Assembly (NCBI GenBank): GCA_000004985.1
Contig: GG738859.1
Strand: one strand, 5' to 3'
Source: Naegleria gruberi
Taxonomy: Eukaryota
DNA: 64,000 nt
Positions within the stretch are counted from its first letter, which is position 1; each line of letters starts with the position of its first letter. This document shows positions 49,769-59,772 of this stretch, one piece after another. The notes beneath the pieces were generated by a model. It saw only the letters and a program-made list of their open reading frames with translations, was not told the origin of the DNA and ran no database searches. The translations under genes were made by a program, and so were the position numbers.

Positions 49769-51930
49769 ATGAGCGCCAGAAGAGAAGCCGATAGCATCAC
49801 ACTCACACAATTAAAACAATTAGGATGTGAAGTTGAAGAGTCTGTTACTTCTATGGCTGATGTAGATAAATTCTTATTGTATAAAGCTACCGTTATTTGT
49901 CTTAGAGCTATTGCAAGAGGAAATAACAGAGAACCTGATGATTATCCGGAAGACCTTCCTTACGAAATTAGTACTTGTTTTAGAACCTGTACTGCTCTCA
50001 CCCAGTCTATCAAGGTTTGTAGATGACAATTAAAATTATATTGGAAATATTAATTATTTGGAATTAATCGGATCATCAAAATAATTAGGAATACGGATTT
50101 AGAGGAGATATGACTTTTGATCAATTTTTATATCCTAATGAAATGGTTACCCGTCATATTCTTATTTGGTTAGTTGAACAAGCAACATCTTTTATGACTG
50201 ATCAACAAAATAATGAAGGTGCTAACGAAGGAGAAGCAAGTAAGAGACAAACTGTTCAAGCCAGAATGAACTCGGTCCTTTCATTCTTTGTAAATTCTAC
50301 TTGGACTGTGAAAAATCAAAATGGTACCGAAAAAGTGTCAATTGATGTAACCTCTTCAACAAAGAGTTGGGATAATGAAAATATTCGATGGAATAGTTAT
50401 CCTGTGAATTCACAAGCTTCTATGAATGCCTTTTTGTTGGCTGCTTTGAAGAGTGGAGGTTTACCAACTGTTAGTAGAGATTCTGGACTTATGGAAAATT
50501 TAAAGTCAACATTTACTGTTGGAGGAAACGCTAATGATGAATTGTGTGAAAAACATGCCATGTTGTACTATAGAAAGTTTGGACCATACATTTCCGAACA
50601 AATTTTAGCAAAGGATCAAATGGCTTCCACTGTATTTGAAGAAAATGCTCGTGAATTATTATTGGAACAACAACGTGAGGACGAATGGAATGATTTGGGT
50701 ATTGATTCTGGATTAACTCGTGAAGAATACTTTAAACAAAAACAGCAAAAAATCAATACTAAGGTTTCAGATGTTCTTAAGGGAGGAAGTTCTAAATTTG
50801 TTGACAATGATGATTCTGCAAGCTCTGAAGATGGAATGCCATCCCTTTCTGACTTGTTGCAATCATTGAAGAATAATAGAAAGATTGATACATCATCAAC
50901 TTTCTCAAAGAGAAAACTCTTTGAAAATGAAACTGATGATGTGTCTAAAAAATTGCTCACTACCAATCCATTGGCTCCAAAAGAAAAGCAAAATGCAGCC
51001 AATATCGAAGAGGAAAAGAAGAGAAAGGAAGAGGAAAGACAACAAGAATTGGATGAATTACAATCTGTTTTGGATAAAGTTAATGAAAAGATTGATCAAG
51101 CTGAAACAGCTAAGGATACTCTTGTCTCAGAAATGAAAAAACTAGAAGAGGCCATCACAGAGGAAAAACAAAGAAAGAAACAATTGGAAGAGGAGTTTAC
51201 CATCAACAAGACTGCTGCTATTGTTTTGCAAGATAAGGAAAAGAACATTAAGCAATTAGAATCAATGACTGAACAAGCAGAACAACGATTAAAAACTCTG
51301 AAACAGGAATGGGAACAACACAGCACACCTCTGAAAGAAAGAGAAGCCATGTTAAAGGAAAAGATAAAAGATCAAAAGAACGAATACAAGGATTTGGTAA
51401 ATGTTTCAAAGGAACTTCGTGAACAAATGAATGAATTGATTCATACCATTAGATCCAAGGAAGAGTTAATTTCAAAGAAGAAACAAGAATATGAAGAAAT
51501 GCCAAAAGAATCAGATCGTGCCAGTTATGTTACCAGAATTTTGGATGTTGTTAAAAATGTGGAAAAGCAAAACGAAGAAATTAGCAAGGTACTTAAGCAA
51601 AGCAGAGAGTTGAGTGACAACACTAGTGATTTATCAGAAAAGCTCGGTAGAACCTTCCAAGAAAATGAAGAAAATATCTTCAAGGAAGCTCAAAAGGATA
51701 CTGAATACAAGCAACTTTACAAAGATCTCCTTGAAATTAGAAGTCTTTACGAAGCTCTAATTGAACAAGTTCAATTGAACGGCAAGGCTTTGAATACTAT
51801 CAGAGATTTGGACAATCAAATTGATGTCATTTCTGAACGTAATGATACTCTAAATATTGAGAAGATTACAAAGGATTTACAAACAATCCAAGAAGAGAAC
51901 GTAAAATTGCAAAAACAACTCATGAAGTAA
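49769..51930 (+). CDS. CCDC22: CCDC22-like protein (Commander/CCC complex subunit); 2 exons (49769..50014, 50089..51930), 74-nt intron with GTTTGT donor
   Basis: Exon 1 MSARREADSITLTQLKQLGCEVEE...PYEISTCFRTCTALTQSIK; exon 2 EYGFRGDMTFDQFLYPNEMVTRHILIWLVEQA.... The N-terminal FLYP(S/N)E motif region matches. A long coiled coil follows. C-terminal DRASYVTRILDVVKNVEKQNEEISKVLKQSRELSDNTSDLSEKLGRTFQENEENIFKEAQKD...ALIEQVQLNGKALNTIRDLDNQI parallels the CCDC22 C-terminus as recalled from memory. The track ORF 49694 start is TTG. Confidence 0.55.
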
Positions 51931-51952
51931 AAATTTTGAAATAAACCCTTAT

Positions 51953-52963
51953 TTATACTAATTGACCTTTTGATTTCTTCTTATCCCAAACAAATAAAAC
52001 TTGGTCTAAGAATTCTTGATCTTCTGAAACAATTTTTACAACTTGAAGTGAGCTTGGTGTGTTGTGTTCAATATCTCTTTCGTAGGCATATTTCAAAATT
52101 GAATCAATCATAATTTCGGCAGCTTTTCTCTTTGGGAAATTCAAACTCAAACAAGGCATTGAAACTACATGGCCTTCACATTCATCAACCTTGGCCAATG
52201 TTGCAAAAACTGTTTTTTCGAGAATATCTTCTTCCTTTGATTTACCTCCACTCCAAACAGGACCTGTGACATGAATCACATTTTTACACATTAAACTTCC
52301 ACCTTCACTAGGAACAACAAAGGCATTTGCTGGTTTGAGTTCTCCTCCAATTTTTTCCAAAGTAGCCTTACGTTTTTCCAAATACTTTTCACCACCTCTT
52401 CTGGAGATGTTATATGATAAAAAATCTTCTTCTTCCAATTTACCATTTGTTGGATTAACAATGACGTCAACCTTTTGAAGTGTTAAATCTCCTTTTGTAA
52501 CTTGAAGTTCCATAATTCTTCTTCTAAAAACAACAGCAGTCTTTCTCAAAATTTCTTCCTCCATATCTGTTTCTTTGAATTGGTCGGAAGCATACTTATA
52601 GAAAATTAAAATTGCTAAAACCGAAAGTGTAATAGTTCTGGCCATACTGAATACAGGATTTTCCTCCTTTTCTTGTTTTAAACGAGCTCTCAATTCAGGT
52701 GGAACACCTCCTGGTCTAGCATGGAAAGGAACATAGTCTTTAGAAACTTTACCAGTGAAGGCTGATTTAAAATCGGCATCATTGTCAGAGTAATTTGTCA
52801 ATGTAAATTTTGGATCACTTTTATCAGCACTAATTCTACCACTATGAAAACTTCTCATCAATTCGTTCATAATTCCACATCTGTTGCTCATCAGCCATTT
52901 CCGAGAAATATTCTTATTATTGGCGAGAACGGTTTTAATAATTGAAATTTCCCTCTTATTCAT
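51953..52963 (-). CDS. macro-domain (ADP-ribose-binding/hydrolase fold) protein with N-terminal transmembrane anchor
   Basis: ATG 52961-52963; 336 aa. TM ITLSVLAILIFYKY. Macro core TKGDLTLQKVDVIVNPTNGKLEEE...RRGGEKYLE...ANAFVVPSEGGSLMCKNVIHVTGPVWSGG matches GDIT..DAIVNAAN...GGGV...IHTVGP.W. Confidence 0.55.
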   Translation of the reverse strand: MNKREISIIKTVLANNKNISRKWLMSNRCGIMNELMRSFHSGRISADKSDPKFTLTNYSDNDADFKSAFTGKVSKDYVPFHARPGGVPPELRARLKQEKEENPVFSMARTITLSVLAILIFYKYASDQFKETDMEEEILRKTAVVFRRRIMELQVTKGDLTLQKVDVIVNPTNGKLEEEDFLSYNISRRGGEKYLEKRKATLEKIGGELKPANAFVVPSEGGSLMCKNVIHVTGPVWSGGKSKEEDILEKTVFATLAKVDECEGHVVSMPCLSLNFPKRKAAEIMIDSILKYAYERDIEHNTPSSLQVVKIVSEDQEFLDQVLFVWDKKKSKGQLV

Positions 52964-53158
52964 TTTTTTGTTTTATTCAATCAAATTTGCGCTCATTAAA
53001 AACGGAATAATTATTATTAAAAATTATTAACTTCAAATACTTATCCTAATATAACTATTAAATGTAAATAATAAAAGATAATATTAAAATTTCAAAATAA
53101 ATTATTCTGTTGTTGTTTGTCATGAAGACTTCCCGCTGTTAAAGAAGATTAAAAAAAA

Positions 53159-53863
53159 ATGTCATCAAGTACACAACCTAATCCATCACTGCCTAGTAAT
53201 ACAACACCATCAAATACGTCATCGGGAATAAATCCAACAGGAAATAGTAATACAAACGGGTCTAATCAAGCAAATGTTGCTGACAAGGATATTCAAAACG
53301 TACCTAAGGATGCTATCATTGTTGAAAAGATTTTACAAAGTATGGGAATTAATGAATTCGAACCAAGAGTTATTGAACAATTATTGGAATTAGTCTATAG
53401 ATATATAACGGAAGTTATTGAAGATTCGTATGTTTATATGGACCATGCTTCAAGGTCTGATTTGGACTTGGAAGACATCCGATTAGCCATTCAAACAAGA
53501 GTAAATCATTCATATACAGAGCCACCACCAGTTGAGGTTAGTAGAATAAGTTACAATTCGTGATGTTAATGACAAATGATTAACAAAATATAGTTTTTAC
53601 TTGAAGTGGCCAGTCAGAAGAATTCACAACCAATCCTCTTACCTAAAAAACAACGTGTATTATTACCTCCACAACATCATTGTCTCTCTAATAGAAACTA
53701 TCAATTTGCTAAGAGTTCACCAAGTGACGATCTAGGATCTAGAAAGAGACGAAAGCAATCCGAAGCCATGGTAATCGATGAAAATAATGATCAACTAGAA
53801 GTACAACAAAATGAAAATTCACTCTCATCATACGGAGGTGAATCTAGAATGACTGATGAATAA
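53159..53863 (+). CDS. TAF9: TFIID subunit TAF9 (histone-fold); 2 exons (53159..53536, 53594..53863), 57-nt intron with GTTAGT donor
   Basis: VPKDAIIVEKILQSMGINEFEPRVIEQLLELVYRYITEVIEDSYVYMDHASRSDLDLEDIRLAIQTRVNHSYTEPPPVE|FLLEVASQKNSQPILLPKKQRVLLPPQHHCLSNRNYQFAKSS. Compare TAF9 [97 protein letters not shown]...CLTAPNYRLKS. The N-terminal 45 aa are N/S/T-rich. Confidence 0.75.
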
Positions 53864-53975
53864 TTGTAAATTTAAACACACAAAATATTAACAAAATTAA
53901 TAGAAACACACAAGAAATTATAATAAATAGATGATATTTAAATAGTTGAATAAAGAATTAATCAAATATTAAAAA

Positions 53976-55051
53976 ATGCCAATTCTAAGAGGAGGTAAAC
54001 AACCAGTACGAGCAATAACTTTCAACCCTAAAGGAAAATTACTAGTCGGAACCAAAGAAGGAACTTTGAGACTACACAATGAATATCACACAGCAGAAAA
54101 TACCACCACAACACCATCGAGAGTAAGTTTTTAGATTGGAGCCTTTGATCCGAGGCAAATTATCAATAGCAACCTAGAGATGTTGAATATCAAGGAGCAA
54201 ACAAAGGAGATGTTACACAAGTGAAATTCAATCCTTGTTGTTCACATCAATTTGCTTGTATTACATCAAAGGGATGTTTGAGAATTTTCGATACAAAACA
54301 AACAACATATACTGGAGGAGCTCCAACAACACAATTGAATGTAAATGATCTTTATTTGAAATGTTTTGATTGGTGTCCAACAGGACATAGAATGGCTGTT
54401 GTAGATTCAAAGAATAATATTACAATATATCAAATAGATGGTACACATCCAACAAATATTGGAGAAGTAACATCTAGCTCAAAACTCACTCTGAAAGAAC
54501 GTGTGAGTTTTCCAGTGGAAATTACTGACCTGATGTGGGATAGGAAAGGAAAAACTTTATACATTGCTAGTGAAAATGGACGTATTTATTATGTGAGGGA
54601 GGACGAAAAAATTGCAACCTATGTTTCAAAAGTATTCAACCCAATGATTGACGAAAACATTAGAGAACCATATATTCTAGTTGGAAGGTCAGCAATAACT
54701 TGTTTGGATATATCACATGATGACAAGTATCTCATAGTAGGTTCAGAAGATTCAGCTGTCTCAGTATTTGAGATACAAGATTTGATTTGTGTACATAATT
54801 TCTCTGATATAGGATCTCTTGTGACCACTGTATCTGTACGATTATTACAAGGAAAGTATTTGATATTATTTTCCACAAGGAATGATGAGAAGAAAGTAAC
54901 TGGTATTTTCTTAATGAATTTAAATGACGGAAAGATGTTATTCAAGACTGAGCGTGACGGTATTTCAAAAGCAATTTTACATCCTTCAATGAATTATATT
55001 GCCTTTTGCCAAGATAGCTCTCCTTATGATGTGATAGTGGAGGGTTTTTAA
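53976..55051 (+). CDS. WD40-repeat protein (~343 aa); 2 exons (53976..54122, 54170..55051), 47-nt intron
   Basis: Exon 1 MPILRGGKQPVRAITFNPKGKLLVGTKEGTLRLHNEYHTAENTTTTPSR. Intron gtaagtttttagattggagcctttgatccgaggcaaattatcaatag. Exon 2 QPRDVEYQGANKGDVTQVKFNPCCSHQFACITSKGCLRIFD.... Repeated WD-like blades (..VAV.DSKNNITIYQ, ..LYIASENGRIYYV, ..LIVGSEDSAVSVFE). The track ORF 54221 starts at GTG. Confidence 0.55.
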
Positions 55052-55209
55052 CTATCCATGTCTTAATAAAAGAATATTCTATTTTTGACAGCTATCATTT
55101 GTTTTCATCATTCAATACAACTGAGTCACCTTACAAAACTTTCCCGCCAAAATAAACTTTTTCATTTGAAAATTATTACAGTTAGGGAGTTTAAAACAAC
55201 AACAAAAAA

Positions 55210-56343
55210 ATGTTCCCATTTACCGACGTTGAGACAAAGGAAAGATTGGCTATCGAGAAGAGAAGACAAGCAGAAGAGGAAAGAAGGAAGAGAATTCTTG
55301 ATCCAAAGGCAAGAACAATGGGTTTAGATGTTGCTGGTATACAATCACAAATTGAAGAAAAGGAGCAAATAAAGAAGCGAGAACAAGACCGTGATAGATA
55401 TTTCGACCAAGCCTCCCTTGTTCATGCAAAGGTTGCCAACATTATGGAGAAGGAAATGCATCAAACTAAAAAACAAGTTTATAAGGAAGTCAATGATTTT
55501 AGAAAAAACGAACAGTTACCTCATACAAGAAGGGAATTTGATTTAAATGATCCTGATGAATTGAAAAAGAGTAGACCAATCAGAGTTGGTGACTATGATC
55601 CTAGCTTGACGATTTCAGGAGGGCAAATTATGCACGGAGAGGACTTGGGTCGTGAAGAAAGACTTAAAGCTCAGCAAGACCAATTGAAGTGTTGGGTCTC
55701 AGAACAAGTCAATGAAAAACAAATGGTAAAGGAAAAGGAAGATTTGGAAAGAAAATTATTCGAGCAAAAGGAATTGGAAATTCAAAGATTGACCTATGAA
55801 TTAAGGGAAAAAGAGAATATGATAAAACTTGAAAAGGAAAGAGAAAGAAAAGAATTCAACGTTGAACAATGGAATGACAAGGAAGAGAAAGAAAAGCTTC
55901 AAAGAGAGAAAGAAGAATTAGATAAATTAGAAGAAATACAGAATCAACTCAATAGTCATCTCCTTAATGAGGCATTCCACACAACTCTCAATGTTAATGA
56001 TCCTAATAGATTTAGACCAGATCACTTCAAGCATATGAGACCAGATCAATACGAACACATTGAACAAGTAAGACAAGAACAACTCAGAGAATTACAACAA
56101 AAGAGAGATACGGAAAGTTTAAATCAACAATATTGGGATAAGAAACGTTTGCTTGAAACAAAGATGGCAGGCTTACAATTAAGAGAACAAGAACGAGCAA
56201 AGAAGCAGCAAGCAGCTGAACTTTTAGAATTACACAAAAGGCAAGCTGAAGAAAAGAAACAAAAGGAAAAGTTTGTAAATCAAGTGTATGCTAATGAGGT
56301 CACAGAGGATTTTTTCAATCGTTTTGGAACAAGCAGTCGTTAA
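55210..56343 (+). CDS. charged R/E/K-rich coiled-coil protein (377 aa), tentatively RIB43A-like (flagellar protofilament ribbon family)
   Basis: ATG 55210; single ORF. Highly charged helical sequence (ERLAIEKRRQAEEERRKRILDPKARTMGLDVAGIQSQIEEKEQIKKREQDRDR...), ending ...TEDFFNRFGTSSR. The family call rests on recollection of RIB43A-like proteins and is not verified. Confidence 0.3.
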   Translation: MFPFTDVETKERLAIEKRRQAEEERRKRILDPKARTMGLDVAGIQSQIEEKEQIKKREQDRDRYFDQASLVHAKVANIMEKEMHQTKKQVYKEVNDFRKNEQLPHTRREFDLNDPDELKKSRPIRVGDYDPSLTISGGQIMHGEDLGREERLKAQQDQLKCWVSEQVNEKQMVKEKEDLERKLFEQKELEIQRLTYELREKENMIKLEKERERKEFNVEQWNDKEEKEKLQREKEELDKLEEIQNQLNSHLLNEAFHTTLNVNDPNRFRPDHFKHMRPDQYEHIEQVRQEQLRELQQKRDTESLNQQYWDKKRLLETKMAGLQLREQERAKKQQAAELLELHKRQAEEKKQKEKFVNQVYANEVTEDFFNRFGTSSR

Positions 56344-56479
56344 ATGTAAATAAACTCCAATTGTAATTTATAATTAAATTGTTTCTTAATTTTCCAATTC
56401 TATTTTAAAAATTGAATAGTTTCCTAGTGGTTTGTGACAAGCACTCCTTCAATATTTTACAAGTTACTATCAACATTAT

Positions 56480-57007
56480 TTACGTTAAATTGATAGATTT
56501 TGGTTCCAAACTGACTTTTTGTGAAACAAGTGAATAAAATTGATTCATCTTTTCATTCAATGCCTTTTGGTAATTATCCAAAATATACACATATTTGTCT
56601 TGAAGACAGGCTTGATTTGGATCATCTTTTTTTTGTGTTGTTGTTGTTGTTGATGTTGCTGTGTTATTAGTAGTAGATGATGTGCCTGCTGCAGCAGTAG
56701 ATGATGATTGGACTTGTCTCTTCTTTTTCTCTCTTGTTACTGTTGGTGTAGGAACAGGGATCGGAGAGTTAGATTCCTCAGGTGTTGTTTCAGGACTTGG
56801 TTCTTTTCTCTTCTTTTGTGATTTTGGTGTTTTTGGTGCTTTTGGTGTTGTTGATGCTTTTGGTGGTTTTGTGAGGGGAGCCTCTACACATTCCAATCCT
56901 CTCTTTTGACAACGTTCACAAGGTCTCTTCATATCACAACGAAGGTGAGCCTTCCTACATCCAGCACAAGCTCTTCCCACTTTCCCTCGCTTGTTTTCTC
57001 CTCTCAT
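56480..57007 (-). CDS. Zn(II)2Cys6 binuclear-cluster (Gal4-type, fungal-type) DNA-binding protein
   Basis: First ATG at 57005-57007 gives MRGENKRGKVGRACAGCRKAHLRCDMKRPCERCQKRGLECV, i.e. CxxCx6Cx5CxxCx6C. A basic T/P/K-rich linker and a C-terminal helical region follow. The track start 57058 is non-ATG. Confidence 0.6.
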   Translation of the reverse strand: MRGENKRGKVGRACAGCRKAHLRCDMKRPCERCQKRGLECVEAPLTKPPKASTTPKAPKTPKSQKKRKEPSPETTPEESNSPIPVPTPTVTREKKKRQVQSSSTAAAGTSSTTNNTATSTTTTTQKKDDPNQACLQDKYVYILDNYQKALNEKMNQFYSLVSQKVSLEPKSINLT

Positions 57008-57242
57008 TTTTTTACTATTTAAAAATAAAAAATACTTTTCACTACAATCTATTCGCACCTAAAGCAAGGATTAGGAAACGATTCTTTTTGCTTGCTTTTC
57101 TCGTCGCACATGTTTTTTGTTTCACACTAATTTTTTGTTTTAGCTCATTTCTTGCTTTAGTATCTTTCTGAGGTGTGTAGTTTGTAGTGCTATCAAATAA
57201 CGTGGTATTTGCTTAAAGAGTATTCATTTAAATATTAAAATT

Positions 57243-57316
57243 TGCCTCCCTTGGGAATCGAACCCAAGACCTCTGTCTTACTAGGACAGCGCTACTGCCA
57301 ACTGAGCTAGGAAGGC
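57243..57316 (-). tRNA. tRNA-Thr (anticodon AGT), ~73 nt
   Basis: Reverse complement GCCTTCCTAGCTCAGTTGGCAGTAGCGCTGTCCTAGTAAGACAGAGGTCTTGGGTTCGATTCCCAAGGGAGGC. It has a 7-bp acceptor (one G-U), anticodon stem CTGTC/GACAG, loop CTAGTAA and T arm TTGGG/TTCGATT/CCCAA. The D-stem pairing was not resolved. An oligo-T terminator lies downstream on the minus strand. Confidence 0.85.
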
Positions 57317-57424
57317 TTCACATTCATTCCACAACAATCCTCAATATAATAACTTTTTTCTCAAATCTTGTGCTAAAATATTAACAGACGACTGAAAGAC
57401 AACCTTGTTAAATAAAGACAAAAT

Positions 57425-59566
57425 TTATTTTTCTTTTCTCTTGGCCATCTTTCTGTCGAGGGCACCCAAAACTTTCTTTCTCAAACGAATATTCTTTGGT
57501 GTAACTTCAATAAGTTCATCTTGTTGGATATAAGTCAAAACTTCTTCCAATTGGAATACTCGAGGTGGAGATAATCTGATAGTATCTTCCTTACCTGCTG
57601 CTCTCATGTTAGTCAAGTGTTTTTCCTTACAAGGATTAACTTCAATATCATTTTCTCTACTGTGTTCACCAACAATCATACCTTCATAACATTCAGCTGA
57701 TGGATGAATGAAAATATTACCTCTAGCTTCAAGTGGACCTAAAGCATAAGGTGTACCTTTACCACCTTCAAGTGAAACCATGACACCCTTTCTAGTCTTT
57801 TCAATAGGTCCCTTGTATGGTTCATAATCACTGAAAATGTGAGTGAGCATACCTTCACCACGAGTATCAGTTCTGAATTCAGAAGCATAACCAATGAGAC
57901 CACGAGTTGGAACTCTATAAAGTAATTTAGCCTTAATACCATCAACCTTATAATCAATCATTTCACCCTTTCTCTTAGCAAGCTTTTCCATACATTGAGC
58001 AGCCAAACCATTATCAACATCAATTGTAACTTCTTCAATTGGTTCCAAAATATCATCCTTACCACCACCTTCAACATCCTTAAAGATGACTCTTGGAGGA
58101 GAAACTTGGAATTCATAACCTTCTCTTCTCATATTTTCAATAAGTACAGCCAATTGCATTTCACCACGACCCATAATTTCAAAAGCTTCACCCATTGGTT
58201 TAATTGTTAAACTGACGTTCATTTCAGCTTCCTTCAATAAACGAGCACGAAGTTGAGTTGCAGAACATAATTTACCTTCCTTACCAGCCAATGGACTGTC
58301 ATTGACAAGGAACATTACAGACAAAATTGGAGGATCAATTGGTTTAGCTTCAATTGGAGTTGTAACTTGTTTAACATCACAAACTGTATCAGTAACACTG
58401 GCCTTTGAAATACCAGCAATGGATACAATAGAACCAGATAAAGCTCTCTTTACAGGTGTTCTTTGCATACCAATTCTTTGCATGACTTGTAAAACTTTAC
58501 CTTCTTCTAAAACTTCACCAGTTCTACTCATAACTTTAACTCTATCACCTGGTTTAACGGCACCACCATACATTTTACCAGTAACAATTCTACCGAAAAT
58601 TCTATCATAATCAACTGTACTAACAAGCATTTGGAATGGACTTGCAGCAGATGGTCTAACTTTTGGACATGGAATATGTTCCAAAATTGCTTCAAAGATT
58701 GGAGCTGTATTCTTTCTTTCATCCTTTTCAAAATCTTTAACTGCCCAACCACTCTTGGCACTGGCATATAAAATTGGGAAATCCAATTGTTCATCATTAG
58801 CTCCCAAATCAATAAATAAGTCATAAACTTCATTTTCAACTTCACCTCCAATACGAGCAGTTTCACGATCTGATTTGTTGAAAATAACAATTGGTTTCAA
58901 TCCATGTTCTAAGGCCTTTCTCAAAACAAACTTTGTTTGAGCCATAACACCTTCAGTAGCATCAACAAGTAAACAAACACCATCAACCATTGACATGACT
59001 CTTTCCACTTCACCTGAAAAATCAGCATGTCCTGGAGTATCAACAATATTGATAATATATTCACCCTTATATTGAACTGATGTCAATTTAGCCATAATTG
59101 TAATACCTCTTTCCTTTTCCAAGTCCAAACTATCCATTGTACGTTCTTCAGCATCATCTTTAATTGTACCTGTTTGTTTTAATAAACAATCAATCATTGT
59201 TGTTTTACCTGTATCGACGTGAGCAATAATTGCCAAGTTACGAATATTCTTTACTGTGACAAATCCTTCGGAATCAGCTTCAGATTCAACTTGAGGAATA
59301 TCTAAAATATTGATATAATTGGATCCAGATAAATCAACTTTGGAATCATGTTGACGTAAATTTGAGGAGAAGAAACGTTCTTGTTGTTGGGAAAGTAATC
59401 TTTGTAAAAGAGAATGTTTTTGGAGGAGATTAGAGTGCTCAAAGTGGAACCCTTGTGAAAAAACAGATGAGGCAGCCCCGATACAAGGTTTTGACTGTGA
59501 TGATGAAGAAGCAATCTTCCTGACGATACGACTACCACTGGCGACAAGGTTTTTAGAGTTGAGCAT
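57425..59566 (-). CDS. typA: BipA/TypA translational GTPase (bacterial type) with ~110-aa N-terminal organellar targeting-like extension
   Basis: 713 aa, single exon. [29 protein letters not shown]...[83 protein letters not shown]... plus the BipA-specific C-terminal domain (...[42 protein letters not shown]...). The N-terminal [27 protein letters not shown]... is Ser/Arg-rich and presequence-like. Confidence 0.85.
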   Translation of the reverse strand: MLNSKNLVASGSRIVRKIASSSSQSKPCIGAASSVFSQGFHFEHSNLLQKHSLLQRLLSQQQERFFSSNLRQHDSKVDLSGSNYINILDIPQVESEADSEGFVTVKNIRNLAIIAHVDTGKTTMIDCLLKQTGTIKDDAEERTMDSLDLEKERGITIMAKLTSVQYKGEYIINIVDTPGHADFSGEVERVMSMVDGVCLLVDATEGVMAQTKFVLRKALEHGLKPIVIFNKSDRETARIGGEVENEVYDLFIDLGANDEQLDFPILYASAKSGWAVKDFEKDERKNTAPIFEAILEHIPCPKVRPSAASPFQMLVSTVDYDRIFGRIVTGKMYGGAVKPGDRVKVMSRTGEVLEEGKVLQVMQRIGMQRTPVKRALSGSIVSIAGISKASVTDTVCDVKQVTTPIEAKPIDPPILSVMFLVNDSPLAGKEGKLCSATQLRARLLKEAEMNVSLTIKPMGEAFEIMGRGEMQLAVLIENMRREGYEFQVSPPRVIFKDVEGGGKDDILEPIEEVTIDVDNGLAAQCMEKLAKRKGEMIDYKVDGIKAKLLYRVPTRGLIGYASEFRTDTRGEGMLTHIFSDYEPYKGPIEKTRKGVMVSLEGGKGTPYALGPLEARGNIFIHPSAECYEGMIVGEHSRENDIEVNPCKEKHLTNMRAAGKEDTIRLSPPRVFQLEEVLTYIQQDELIEVTPKNIRLRKKVLGALDRKMAKRKEK

Positions 59567-59772
59567 TTTTTATCTTCAAGGAAAAGGGTCATTTTTCACA
59601 ACACTCACCATTTTGATTGAAAATTTTCAAAGAACGAGAGTGATGAGTATCGGCTAGTTTTTTGTGCTGCTGGGTTATTTGATTAATGGAGTTTTTCAGA
59701 TATGGAATGGATGATAAAATGAAAAATTAAACTAAATAACAAGAATTTAAAAATCAATATGTAATAAAGATT

